Below, piece after piece: positions 13,301 to 26,867 of a DNA stretch of 64,000 bases. Positions within the stretch are counted from its first letter, which is position 1; each line of letters opens with the position of its first letter. Made by a program: the position numbers and the translations under genes. The notes under the pieces were generated by a model. The model worked only from the letters and a program-made list of their open reading frames with translations, ran no database searches and was not told the DNA's origin. The stretch comes from Mytilus edulis (lineage: Eukaryota): positions 90,644,001-90,708,000 of the forward strand of contig NC_092348.1 of assembly GCF_963676685.1 (NCBI RefSeq), in the 5' to 3' direction.

Positions 13301-15535
13301 TATTAAAATTATTAAATGCTTGTATATTCATTGGGTGGTGTGTCTAGATTAATTGGGTAATGTCATTCGTGAAAAGTGAGCTTTAAATTTATTCACCGTT
13401 TCTTAGATATCTATCTTGAACTTGTTATGTTGGCCTTAGTCACCCATTTATAATGTTTAGGACGTGTTTTTGTCTTTGCACAGTCCTTATGTATCCAGCA
13501 ACAACCAGTGCTTACCTGTGCACTCTGCAAAACGTTGATGTATTCTACTAATGCACTGCTATTCATGTGCAATGTCTGTCCCGTTACGCCAGTGCACTCT
13601 GGTTTACTGGTGCACGTATTTACCTGTGCACTATAACCGCACAGTCTCCTATGATCCTATTACCCAGTGTGTATGTTCAACTTATATACTCCTGCAACCT
13701 TGTTCAGGTACGCAGTATCTTATTAAGAATCTACTTTGTTTTATAAAGTGTAAATAATTACCTTTTTGCTTCAAGAAATCTTGACTACTAGTATCCAATA
13801 AGCGACTTTTTTTTATGGTGGAAGTGTTTGACAACCCTACTGGCTATACAGCCTTCTCTTTTTCTGACAGATGATGATGGAAGTTTAGCAACCTTGACTG
13901 ACTAAACCGCCCTCGAACCTTCGTACGTTCGTGTCGGTTTGATAGTCCGGCTATCCAAAGGATATCGCGGACTTACTTCTACCTATTGTACGGTTACAGA
14001 TCTGTTGACCGTTTTGCTCTAACCTTGCATCAAGGAGTATGGTATGGAGTATCTGGCCGTTCCAAGATCGACACTGCTGTTGTTTCTGCCTTTGGAGATG
14101 ACATTATTAGTGGCGATGTGTGTGGTGGTGTCCGGAGGAACTTGGGATAATCTAGGTCAAATCTCTCGTCGTAGTCAATCCGACATCGCTTGCCTCTGTC
14201 TTTGGTTGGTTAAAGATAGTATTGGCGATATCATGCCTTCCTGGGGTTGAACGGACTGATGACTATGTCCGTTTTGATGACGATACGCTTGGGTTCACCT
14301 TGGTATTTAGTAGATGTTATCTCCTTGTTTCCCTCTAGCGATGTTTCAGCTTCTGTTTCCTGATTCTGGTCTACGCTGGTGGTTGATATCGTACCTCAGC
14401 CGATGTTGCAGCAGAGCTTTTGCCCTGCACCCACTGGTCATAATCCCTTCTCCTGGTGGATGGTGGTTTGTTCTTTTTCATTTTCAGAGCCGGCTTGGGT
14501 TTACTGAAGGATGCCTCTGGTTCCTTAGCCTTGTTCGATATTAACTGTACTGTCACCTGGTCAGTACTTGCCGAAAACTTCAAAACAGGTTCTTTACCAG
14601 ACACGTTCATGGCTGCTAATTAAGATTTCAATCCATCAGGGATTTCCATAATATTTTGTCCAAGAAGTGAGTTGTGTTGTGAGCTGTGATCAGTATAGTA
14701 AACTATGAAACCCTCGCACTTTCTAACAGCGCATCGGATTTTCTACTAAGTATTGGACCATACCATTTACTTTTGACGTAACCAAATATTTAATTCCTAT
14801 GAGTGTGTAGAATACCGACACCTTCTTGCTTTTGAATGACGGCCCTTATTTTTACAACTACGGGTTGAAATATTTCCGGGTTTGCTAACCATAAACTGTC
14901 AGTTTCTAAATATTATAAATTGCCATAGCAATGCATAAACAACAAAAAAAGTAGCCAAACATTCACTTTCCAAAATAAAAAGAGTTCGTATAACAATGTG
15001 TTTACTTGATAATAGTCATAATAAGTTGAGCCCCAGTAAAAGAAACAGGTGACCTATTTTCATCATATTTCCGACAATCCGACGTCTCCAGAAAATGCGT
15101 CCCCGCATTTACCGATATCATCTGAGCACGTCTACATCAAGTGGGCATTTTTCAGTCCCAAACGCTATCCGGGTATTGCCTCGAGCCATGTCATTAAAAG
15201 ACCATAAATCTAAATATCATAAAACAACTGTTACTTCTTCAGTAACTAAACACAAGAACAACTTGAAAGTGTATCTACCCCACATGACTATATTCCAGCT
15301 CAACTGTATACTAACATCGGAGGAAACATTTAACATAGGCATCAACTTTACCCTAAGAACCCTTAGTCGATTTATATCTATTTCAAATATGCAAGCTGAC
15401 CGATTTTTGAGCCCCCAATTTTTAACCATCAAAACCAACAAGCCAATTAGTGAATTTGAAAACCATCGAAAACCGGTATGAAATAACTTTGCCTAACAAC
15501 CAGCTACTTATGGACCTCTCAAAGAGCTGGTTGAG

Positions 15536-15610
15536 AGGGATCTTTAACGTGCACAAAGCGTGATACTCCCTGAACACGGGACTTCGGATTCAACGTCCCC
15601 ATCCGAAGGA
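15536..15610 (-). mobile_element. Deu/Nin-domain SINE remnant
   Basis: Minus strand reads GTCCTTCGGATGGGGACGTTGAATCCGAAGTCCCGTG...GCACGTTAAAGATCCC, resembling the conserved Deu/Nin SINE central domain. Confidence 0.6.
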
Positions 15611-15989
15611 CATATTAATTAAAATACTAGTATACAATAAGATAACATTTATAGTAGTGATTGCCTCACTTTTGATTACATATTAAACTGTCTTTCAAAC
15701 TAGACTCATAAAAACTTGTATACGTTTCCATCTTCCTACTTATGGCGTGCACTAAATATACATGATAAAGAATATAAATATACAACAATCAGATCCACGT
15801 CATCTAACAAAATCAAGCAGCCATGCCGGTAACCCTGCACAGACTCTGTCTGTAGTCTGACTCATCCCTTGAATCACTTGGATCAATTATGTTGTCCGCA
15901 CTATCATACATCTCTACTTCTCCTTTCAGATGTTGGCCCTTGCACAATCTCGTTCTATCTACATGTATAACTTATGGTCTACTACGCCT

Positions 15990-17150
15990 TCCACAATTAA
16001 TGAGACAATTAACATCAGAGTATTTTTTGAGAACTCGAAAAGGCCCACGCTAGAAGGATGTGAAATTGAGTGAATGACCAATTTTTCAAATTGGAAAGAA
16101 TATGTATACCTGGTCGCCTTTCATGAACTTGCTCCAGTTGAACTGTTTATCACAATACTTTTTTCTGCATAACATTTCCTGCCCTGCATGTTTTTGAACA
16201 AAGTGGTGAGCTTCTGCCATTCGTTCTTGAAGTTCCCACGCCCATTTTTGGTGGAAATTTTTTAAAATAATCAGGTACCTTGTACATAAGGTCGACTGGT
16301 AGTTTCATGTTGAGCTGATATTTATGCCATCATAACGTAGGGCAGTAAGCAATCCCAATTTGAATGGTGTTCATCAAACTCTAAGCAGTCTATATTTTTG
16401 CCAATGTGTCATTAAATCTCTCTACCATTCCGTCACACTGCGGATGATAGGGCGTGGTATTAGTTTTGTCTATCTGTAGTAATTGACACATTTCTTGTTA
16501 TGATTCGCTCTCAAATTGCGCGCCTTTGTCAGAGTGAACTACAGTAGGCACGCGGAAACGTGTAATAAACTATGATCTAATATATGGGCTACAGTTGACA
16601 CAGGCATGTTAGGCATTGGGAAGCTTTCAGTCTATTTGCTGTAATAGTCGCTTTTGACAACGTTTTTACGCGTTACTACATACCCAAGAAAGATAACTTT
16701 CTTTGCAAATGGTGTGCACTTTTTGGGCTTAAGCTTTAGGCCAGACCCCTTCAGCTTATCAAAAACCGATCGAAGATTTTTTATCATCTCCTCAAAGAAC
16801 TGATAAATGACAATTACATCGTCCTGATAAATTAGATATATACTCAACTGTTGTCTTTCCAATACCCTTTCCATCATTCTGTCGAAGGTTGCTGGTGTTC
16901 AGGCTAGACCGAATAACATCTGTCGAAATTGAAATAGTCCCGGTCGGGTAGAAAATACAGTTTTCGGGCGATCTTTCTCTTTATTTTCCACCTGCCAGAA
17001 CCCCGAACACAGGTCTACAGTAGAGAACCATTTATTTTCGAACCATTACTCCAATGAGTCGTCGATGCAGGGTAATGAATATGTGTCTTTTACTGTTATA
17101 TCGTTAAACTTGCGACAATCAATGCAAAAGCGTGTAGTACCATCCTTTTT
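15990..17150 (-). mobile_element. Decayed Ty3/Gypsy pol (RT and integrase fragments)
   Basis: KKDGTTRFCIDCRKFN..TVKDTYSLPCIDDSLE, YQDDVIV (degenerate YLDD), GLKLKPKKC; integrase VHSDKG..FES and TTPYHPQCDGMVERFN. Multiple stops, frameshifts and deletions. Confidence 0.85.
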
Positions 17151-17189
17151 GTGACCTACCGAATTAGACTTTTTACCGGATTTTTTATA

Positions 17190-17410
17190 ACATGAGCAAC
17201 ACGACGGGTGGCACATGTGAAGCAGGATCTGCTTACCCATCGAGAGCATCTGATATCACCCCCAGTTTTTGGTGGGATACGTGTTGCTTTTTCTTTAGTT
17301 TTCTATATTGTGTCATGTGTACTATTGTTTGTCTTTCTTTATTTTTAGCCATGGCGTTGTCAGTTTATTTTCGATTTATGAGTTTGACTGTCCCTCTGGT
17401 ATCTTTTACA
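17190..17410 (+). mobile_element. 3' terminal segment of a Penelope-like element family
   Basis: Closely similar to the reverse complement of 20820-21060, which lies downstream of the PLE RT at 21059-21700. Confidence 0.65.
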
Positions 17411-18764
17411 TTGGACGATACCAAATATATTATTTCTATGAGTGTTTGTAGAATACATAAACCTTATTGCTAAAACGTTTGAATGCGGCTCTTGTTTTAC
17501 AACAAACCACAACCCGTCAGTTTCTAGTTCTAAATTTTATAAATTTTCATAGCAATGCATAAACAAACAAAACTCGAAAGTTCAATTTTCAAAAAAAAAA
17601 GAGTTCGTATAACAATTTTTTAACTTGATACAAGTAATAATAAGTTGAACCCTAGTAAAATAAAACAGGTAAACTATTTTCATCACAGTATTAGTTTGTG
17701 ATTATGTCATTTCAAGGGGAACCATTAGTGGTAGGCCAATGTTATAGTTGGTATTCAGTTCTATAAGCATTGGCATATCCCATTTCAATGGAGAATATTT
17801 GTCCCCGTCTCCTAGGTCATGGTTTATCGCCTTCGGAACATTTTTCTTAGTTTGCATGTATTAGTTTGTGATTAGATCAGTTAAAGTCTTAAGGATGAAC
17901 TGCTAATGGTGAGTCAATGATATTTGGTATGCAAAATTATTGACACATGCAAGTATTGTTTCCGTGGAGATTGTATAGCCTTACCCCCTCTTCATGGTTC
18001 ATTGACTTTGAAACTTTGACATAGTTTACAAGTTTATGTTTGTGTTCAGGTTTGTTTAAAAAAAAACTTATAATAAGTCAATGGTATTTAGTATGCAGTT
18101 GTATTAGCATATTAGCACATCTTTTTTACATGGAGATTGTTTAGCCATGTATCTCAGTCATGGTTCATTGACTTTAAATATTTGCATAACTTGTGTAACA
18201 TATTATAAAAGTATTGCTATTTTTTTTTCAACATAGCATAATAAAAATTACATAAAGTCGAGACATATCTCTGAGATAACAGCTTATGTTATTACAGCAA
18301 CAAATTTGATTCGGTGTAATGCATTTTTCCCTAAAAAAAGAATTTAAGAAAATCTTAAATGTCATATTTAAAGTAACATGCAGTGACGTAAAAGTATGAA
18401 CCGATTACAAACCAATAGAAATAATTCTAAAACGATGGTAGCTAAGATACTGCTTCCAATCACAATTCAATTATAATTTAATTGTTGAAAAGGGTTCAGC
18501 TTTAAACCTTAGAATACTGTAGTAATCTTCAGTCTAAACTTTGAGTAGCAAAATGGAATATAACATAAATTAATTGAATGAGTTGACAATTGAAAGGCAT
18601 GAAAAAGGAAATGAGACATTTGTGTCTCGCCTTCGACAAAATTCACAAAATGCAAGTCGCAGAGATTACTAAAAGGCGTAAATTATTTTTAAAGTGCACA
18701 TCAGACGACATTTTCCACTCCATAACAACTATTTTTTCCCCGCAACTGAAGCCCCAGACTGCAT

Positions 18765-19055
18765 AGTTTTTGTGCTGACATGAATTGTCATTGATATGGT
18801 TATATTTCTAAATTCACTGTGTACAAATTTTTGATTTTTTTTAAAATACTAAGGCTTTTCTACCTCAGGCATAGTTACTTTAGCTGTATTTGGCAAAACT
18901 TTTAGGAATTTTGGTCCTCAATGCTCTTCAACTTCGTACTTTATTTGGCCTTTTTAACTTTTTTGGATTCGAGCGTCACTGATGAGTCTTTTGTAGACGA
19001 AACGCGAGTCTGGCATATACTAAATCTAGTCCTGGTATCTATGATGAGTTTATTT
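18765..19055 (+). mobile_element. Retrozyme / Penelope-associated ~300 bp repeat unit carrying the hammerhead
   Basis: Non-coding unit containing the hammerhead; recognised from memory as an abundant mussel repeat. Boundaries approximate. Confidence 0.55.
18972..19016 (+). ncRNA. Minimal type I hammerhead ribozyme motif
   Basis: gcgtca-CTGATGA-gtct(tttgt)agac-GAAA-c-gcga-GTC-tggcat: conserved core, 4-bp stem II, 2-bp stem III, GUC cleavage triplet at 19008-19010, weak stem I. Confidence 0.75.
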
Positions 19056-19539
19056 ATGTTGAAAACACATTACTTAAACTGCTTACTTGAATAGAATAAT
19101 TAGGTGTTGACAATTTACCTGGAAACTAAACACATATACCCCCACGACACTTAACATAGAGGAAATAGTGAATTATCATAGGTCTAATAATTCTGCGTTC
19201 CTTTTTGGAATGTCGAACGTTCAAAGATGAATAACTATATCTTCTTTCACTGCATTGGATTTTTAAAGTTACATAAGTGTCTTGACAAACATCTTTATAC
19301 TGTTGAATCTGCAAAGATCTCCACTAAACCTCTTTATAATTAATGAATAACCCGTGCTTTGGTTATTGTGAAACTAATACTCTTGGGTCAGTGTGAATCA
19401 GATATGAATACTAGTACTTTAAAAATAAATATGTTAGAGTACATACTAACGATAAGTGTATTTCTTCTTGCAATAGTATTAAAATCTTTGACTTTCCTTT
19501 AACACAAGTACTGTCCATTCTAAACTAAAAGACAAATTG

Positions 19540-20240
19540 ACAGAATGATGTCATCTCACTGAATATAACAATTTTGGTTGACCCTATTTCATCGAACTTG
19601 AAATAAACAGATAGTCTGTCGAATATTTTGGCGTCCGACTAGAAATTGACAATGAGGAGTCATTTGAGAAAAACCTTTACTACAGAACACATCATTTCAC
19701 CTTCCCAATTGTAAACTTTCCATTTTTATGTAGCAGCATTCCAGTAACGCCTGCATATTGAGTATATATTCTATGATTGCATTTCTTATCATGATTTCCG
19801 TGATAGAGGATTGCTGCTATTAACGAAGTTCAAACGGAGAAGTTAAAATCTTTAATTCGAAAATTTCACAAACTTCATGATGAGTTGGTTGAGGCTGTCA
19901 TGAAACAACGGTTTCACAGGTTATGATGGATATGTTCAAATAATCGTAATTGCAATCACGTCCTGTTTTCCTCGAATGCGACCTAGCAAATTAGCTAGAT
20001 TAATAATCGTGTTTTTACCTACATGAGTTAAGGAAAGCAGGATATGTTTATCTTTCACATCCCCCCACGTTTTTGTTCTTGGATTCGTGTTGCTCGGTCT
20101 TAGTTGTCTTTTGCTGTGTTCTCTTGTCTATTCTATGTTCTTTGGGCGTGTTTTCATGTTGTTGTTTTCACATTGCATTGTACGGTTCGCCTACTAAGTA
20201 CTGAGTTTGAACATCCCTTTTGTATCATCTGCCTATCTTT
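19540..20240 (+). mobile_element. Decayed Penelope-like RT fragment plus 3' tail
   Basis: FPIVNFPFLCSSIP..PAY and YHDF.DRGLLL motifs, with frameshifts. Confidence 0.65.
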
Positions 20241-20812
20241 TAAATTTCAAAGTGTAGGATACCTGGGTGATTCATTCTTATTTACAGATGCGAAGTTTCC
20301 AGATGCTATATATTCTTTGTCCTTGGTCTCATTTGTATGTGCATGTCTGTCTGGCAAGTTTAATCTGACCTTAATCTCAATTTCATGGTCCATTGGTTAA
20401 TGTTAAGTTTTTACGATTTTGTCCCCTTTATCAGATTCTGTTAAGCAATATGGCTTTGGTGTATTAAAGTATTGTAACTTTTAAAAGTTGTAATTATGAC
20501 TGTCTGGTGAGGTTTATCCTCATTTCCACCGGTTATTAGTCAGTCTTAAGTTTTCATGGTTATGTCTGTTTCTCAATTATACTATAAGAAATAGTTCAAC
20601 TCAACTTGTGTATGAAATTATTGCAGGGTGTACACGATTGTCTGGCTAGGTTCATTTTACCTTGGACTAATTTTTTGTGTTTATTAGTTGTCATATGCAT
20701 GGTTCATTTGCTAAAATGTTTAATTTTCGAAATAAGGTGTATTTCATATTATAAGCAATATGTTACCTACAATGTATATTTATATATATATATAAATATG
20801 GCGTATGGCATG

Positions 20813-21700
20813 ATTCAAAAAGAGGGACGAAAGATACCAGAGGAACAGTCAAACTCATACACCAAAAATAAACTGACAACACCATGTCTGAAAATAAAAA
20901 TACAAACAGACAAATAATAGTACAGAAGACACAACATAGAAAACTAAAGACTAAGCAACACGAACCCCATCAAAATCTGGGGGGGGGGGGGGGGGTTATA
21001 TCATGTGCTGCGGGAGGGTAAGCAGATCCTGCTCCACATGTGGCACCCGTCGTGTTGCTTATGTTATTACAAATCCAGATTTCATGAAAAGGGAGGGATA
21101 TTGCAGTAAAGACATGAGGAACATATCCGATATCATCTGTGAAACGGTTATTCCGTCAACAAACTCGTGATGGCGTCCGTAAAATTTACGAAGGGATGAT
21201 TTCAACTTCATCATTTGGAACTCTTGGTTTAATAGCTTCCTTGTGAGCAGCAATCCTCTATAAAGGAAATCATGATAGGAAATACAAGCCCGGAAATATC
21301 GTATCAATTGGGAGATATGCAGGCGCTGCTGGAATGTTGTTACATAGAAATGGAAAGTTCACAATTGGGAAGCTGAAATCATGTCTTTTGTCGTAAAGTT
21401 TTGTTTTCTACCGACCCTCATTATCAATTTCAAGATGTAAGTCAAGATATGAGGCAGACTTAACTGTATCTGTAGTATCTTTTATCTCCAGTTCGATGGA
21501 TATTTGTTCAACATAGTCATCAAATTTTGTATTATTTAATGAGGGAACATCATCTATATAGCGAAACTTAATAATTAAAGTATACTGCTAACTTCTTATC
21601 TTTCTTCCTAAGAAGTTCCCGTATGAAGTCAGCCTCGTAATAATAAAGAAACAAGTCGGCAAGAAGAGGGACACAACTGGTTCCCATTGTAATTCCGACA
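20813..21700 (-). mobile_element. Penelope-like element RT fragment plus 3' tail
   Basis: MGTSCVPLLADLFL, FRYIDD, SASYLDL, LYDKR.DFSFPIVNFPFL and SQLIRYFRAC...KLKSSLRKFYGRH motifs; disrupted. Confidence 0.8.
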
Positions 21701-22136
21701 GGTCACATGAATCATTGATTATGGTCAGTAAATCCTGCATATTACAGACATGCGAAATAGACTGGTCATGATAGGTAAAAAAGGGTATTTTTTCAGATTT
21801 TTATCCTGATAATATAAATAAACAAATTAAGCGATATCACTTTTTTTTTTAAATATATAACAGATAATATATCCAGTAATAGATTTTGTAGTTGTGTTTG
21901 TAAAACATATATATGTACATGTATATGGATGTTTTAACCACCAATGCTGTATATCATATTGCACTAAGCTCAAATAAAGAATTTGTCTAATATTCGGCAA
22001 TTCTTCAACAACACGTTGAAGTCAATGATAAAAACAAGTCCCTGATAAAGCAAACAAGCACCTGTGGCTAATAACGCCACGTGAGTGACCAACTTAAAGT
22101 CTTTCAATAAAACAATTATTACAAAATTTCGTTGTT

Positions 22137-23643
22137 TTACGTTTGCATATTAGTTTCAACATTATTTTTCAGTTTTTCCATAGTTCTAGTAAAGTGTTCC
22201 TGAACTTTGTCTGGGTTGTACTCGTAATGTCCATGTGGGTTTTTGCAGATGGGTTTATTACACCGACAAGGGAATGAGTCGTCCTCCACAAAGCATTCGA
22301 TACCTGCCAAACTACATGCACATGTGTTTGGGTCGCACATGTGCTTACAGTTACACCCACTTTTTCTCCTTGAATCTCGAATGTCCTTGCAATCGTCTGC
22401 TTCACTTCGATCTACGTTAACTAAGCTTGATTGTCGTAGAAGTAAACGCCGCTGAGCAGGTGTCAATCTGTGTTCGGATTTTAAACGTTTTGTAGAATAG
22501 TACCAATCTTCATCTTCCAGCTTGTTTATTTCATCTGTCTCACATTCTTCATCTTCCATCGCCGAATCTCCTAATGCCGCGTGGTATGACCTTTTTCTCA
22601 TTTTAGCATGATCGGCCAAAGAATATGTATCGGAGTCTGTATGGCCATACGACATTCCTGCAACAGTTTCAAAGGAGTAAATTAATAAAAATACAAAAAT
22701 AAAAAAAATAGGATAGCACACCTCACATAAGTATGCATGTTGCTACCCGTTAAAACTTCATACATCATACAAAATTATAATGTTCCTTGTCCATGGACTC
22801 AATCATTTCAAATTCTTAGACTCTCGGGTCGCTCTATGGTCTTATCTGCGAAGCTCATTTTTACTTTTTATCATAGTATTTTATCTTGTGGTCACATGCA
22901 ATATGATAAAGGAATTTTGACTTTTAAGGGATAAATTTTCAGCAAAATATGTTGAAACTCTATCAGAGTTGGCAAATTCAGTTAAACAAGACCAGGCAAG
23001 TCAGTTTCATAACAGCATAGACAACCGCAATACTTAAGTTGGTAATAATACTGAATCATTTACCTTTAGCTTATTGCAAAAAAAAAAAGCAACTGAGAAT
23101 TTATCATAGATTTGCTTCGACATAGTACATAGACGTTATTAAGCATCTCAACCTAATTTAGATATTCCTGATTCAAATATAGTCGGTTATGAAATTACTC
23201 GAAGGGGAAAATATGCCCATCATATAAAAAGATCTAGACTATAAGTAGGCATGTGGCTCATCTTGACCGATTCTGTTCTTTAAAGTTCAAGAAGTTGCGA
23301 TTTAAGATTAATGATGATCAAATTAAAAAGTTGAAATAAAACATATAGCCTTCATAGTTAAACAAAATTAGTAGAAATAAAACAAATTCAGAGAAAAATA
23401 TTTAAGTAACGAAGTAGAATATTAAGTCTTGCAAGAATCGAAAATTATTTCGAAGTAATTAATGATTTTTATTAGTATCATAATTCCAGATGTTTCATGG
23501 TAAAAGCTGTGTGACGAGTTATCTACCTTACCTAATGTTGAACCTCCTTCGTGGGGTACAGATGTAAATCCTTGTTCTCTCGGGAAATAATACACAGTGA
23601 CATCTTTAAATCTAACATTCTTTTCATCCTTGGATATATTCAT
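22137..23643 (-). CDS. CSRNP: Cysteine/serine-rich nuclear protein (CSRNP/Axud1) family, short ~210 aa form
   Basis: Exons 23532-23643 (acceptor at 23649-50, so an upstream exon exists) and 22137-22657, joined in phase 1. [29 protein letters not shown]|M...QRRLLL...[30 protein letters not shown]...FPCRC...CKNPHG...NPDKVQEHF is the CSRNP_N domain. Start codon is uncertain. Confidence 0.85.
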
Positions 23644-23736
23644 GTCGTCTAGATAAGAATTAAGATTCAATAATAATTTTGCCGGCAACAGATTCAGCGG
23701 ATAATACATACATGTTTAGATGTCATATAAAATGAA

Positions 23737-23916
23737 TAGTCCTATAACATATGACCTCGGGGGCATTATTTACTATTACTATTTACTGTTCTGATATTTT
23801 TTGTTTAACTATCCGAGGTCATATCGCGATAGGCAAAATAAAAAAAAAAAATGAAAATATCAGTATAAAAACGTTAAAAATTGAATAAGAATGCGAAGTC
23901 ATATGTTATAGGACTA
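23737..23916. mobile_element. MITE with TAG..CTA ends and 10-bp TSD (Academ-like)
   Basis: TIR TAGTCCTATAACATATGAC; ATAAAATGAA duplicated at 23727-36 and 23917-26. Confidence 0.8.
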
Positions 23917-26095
23917 ATAAAATGAAATCAACGATATCTGAGGGAAATATTTTTTTTCTACAGATTCACGTTTTCTCGATTTATAATTTTGTATTAGTTC
24001 CGAGATATTGCGAACATGTGAATTTAACTACCATACGTATATTGTAAAACTTCACACTGCAACTAGATGGTGAATATGTGAGATCATATGAAGTTCTTTA
24101 TTTTCGTTACAGCGAAGTTTAATGTCTTTATTCTGTTAAACATGGGCTCACGTTCATTGTATGAGACAAATTCGTCTTTATTTAATAATGTTTCAATGCA
24201 TAGATGCTTAAAATTCTAGTTGACCTTCGTTCCAATCTTGTTTCACTTTCAGTGTATGGTGAAATGCATTCTTGTTAAAGTACTGATTATGTTGCGCACG
24301 TGAAAGACGGTATGCAAACTATACAATCCGAATATTGTATCTACATTTATCATGTTTATTGCCATCAGAGACAATAAAACATGTCTCTGTTGCCATCTTA
24401 TGTATTTAGATTCTCAAACTTCGATCAATCTCTTGCTGTATATTGAATTTAATTGGATAGTGTGCTCTTCGAATCTGCTACTCCGTGACTTTTTTTACAA
24501 CGCAACTTTATCACTGACTGCAGCCAGGTGACTGCATTGGTATCGCTATGGCATAATGGAATTGGACTAAAAGATTCATTGCCCTTGGTTAAAGAAAGTA
24601 TTTTCCGTTATAAGATGAATGCATTATGTTTGAAAATCAATAAAATTGCCCTTAGTTGCTATTTCATAGTTATTTCATATAAAAAAAAAATGTACAGTAT
24701 TGGATTATTAACAATGATAGACAGGGATTACTCTTCTTGGCTGAAATGTCAGTAACACATCGACAAAATGTGTTGCTATAATTTAATTTTATTGATAATT
24801 CAGTGTAAATATTTTAGGATTCATGACATGCAGATCAAAGCTTGACATTCATGACATTTGAGTTTTACATGAAATCAAATGTTAAATGGGCATAAGCTAC
24901 GAATTTCAACGAAAAAAATGGAAGCAAAAATTTTTGAAAACAAAAAAATAATAATATTTTGCTTTTGAGCAATTTCGTCCATACTATCCATAAAAAAATA
25001 ACATCACCGACTTTCAATTCGGCAGGTCAATAATTCATCTCAGTTTTTAATTCGACGTATTACATTGTATTAAGGCAACCTTAATGTTGACCTTTTTGCA
25101 TTGTATTCAGCAAGTGATAAGCAGCCTGTTCATTCATTAAAAAGGAAAGTATGTGATTGTCAATAAATGCAAAGTAAAAGAATTGAAGGCCGCTCGAGTT
25201 GAAGAGAAACACTAGGAATAACCATTTTAATGACTAGTACGATACACAAAAACATTCTTATTGCAGCTAAATCGATGATTTATATGTTTTAACCTAAAAC
25301 GCGAAATCGAACAAATAAAGGCAACAGTAGTATACTGAGTTCAAACTCATATAAAATCCATGGACAAAAGACAAAATCGGGGTAACAAACTAAAACTGAG
25401 GGAAACCTAGACAAATAAGATTGCACGTGCTCGCTATCTATTCAGTTATATCTACAGCCTTAAAGCTTAACTTTTGAGCCCAAAAGCCAGATGCCCCTTT
25501 TTTTAATTCAGTTGGATTCTCTTGGCTTGTAGAGATGAATAATACAAGCCCAGTAATCTGTGGTCATTTAAAGAGAAGGCCAGTTACTCAGTGCCAGTTG
25601 GCTTCTAGTTCTACTGTCGTCTGCTCATGGTCTCAGTAAAGTCAGTCTGATATTTTTCTTACATTCGCTTACCTCTATAACGTTCTAAAAATCCCAGTGT
25701 AACTTACCTAAAGAAGCCATACAATTATCCATTCCCAAGTCCATCAGACATACGGAAGTTTAACTCTGTAGTCAGTGTATATTAACACTATTTTCAGCTC
25801 AGAGTTGCAGTTACATACTACGGCTTTGCGAGCGAAAGCAAGTCATTTAGGCCTCATGTTGATGTTTATGTTAATTTCGCTTTTTTAAGACAAAAGGTGA
25901 CGGGCAATTTTTTAGTGTATTTACGTGGATTTAGACAACCGGATGTTTTAAAACTTATAGACCTGTTTGTCATTCGCGTCGGCGAATGACTATATAAAGA
26001 TAGACAAGACTTTACTTTGAAAATATAATCTTTAAAACGTTTAAAGTGACGAATTTCTGTTTAGACGCTTGATTTTGTCTCCTGTCAGGGACGTT

Positions 26096-26563
26096 GAAGT
26101 GTTGGTGATAAAAACAAAAATGTTAATATGATGACAAATTGGCACAAGATAAGGAAGTGGAAACAAACTTTTGTATAAACAAGTATAATTGATAAATATA
26201 AATTATATTTTATGTGAAAAAGTATCTCATTAGTTACATTTTATTTCGAAGTTGCATGTGTTGACATTGATGTAAATATACACTTTATGTTGTCTCATGA
26301 CCTACTAATGAAAGAAAAGATGGTGAAGTGTTGATGATAAAGAATACTTTATACAAAAACGGTAATATGATGACAATTTGGCATACGATATGGAAATGTA
26401 AAAATTCTTTTATATAAACAAGTTATAATTGATAAATATAAATTATATTTTATGTGAAATACTGAATCATTAGTTACGTTTTATTTCGAAGTAGCATGTG
26501 TTGACAATGATGTAAATATACACTTTACGTTGTCTCATGACCTACTAATGAAAGAAAATATGG
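26096..26563. repeat. Two-copy tandem duplication, ~230-240 bp unit
   Basis: 26096-26322 is closely similar to 26323-26563. Confidence 0.85.
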
Positions 26564-26867
26564 GTATTCTGTTTCTGAGCTTCTAAAAACAAATTTGTTT
26601 TAAAATGTAAAAAATGCGTTGAATTTACGACATATTTTTATGAATAAGAATCTTTTTATCTAATCAACATGTTTTCGCTATGAAAAGATTGTTTTTGCCA
26701 AGATTGTTCTTTCACTTTCGTGCAATTTATTTTGATTTTGAGATGGTCCCTATAAAGCTTTAATCATACCTGGGGTTTACATTTGCACAATCACGGTTGT
26801 TTTCGCCTTTTAATATTGCATTGTGGGATCGCGCACAGCTATCAATTTACCTGTTTACCGACATTAG

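Noticed and set aside
15095-15481. 128-aa ORF
   Set aside because: No recognisable motif or splice context; lies among TE debris.
25600-25800. Minus-strand donor-like sites (GTAAGT/GTAAGC) as candidate CSRNP 5' exons
   Set aside because: Plausible but cannot be supported without transcript data.
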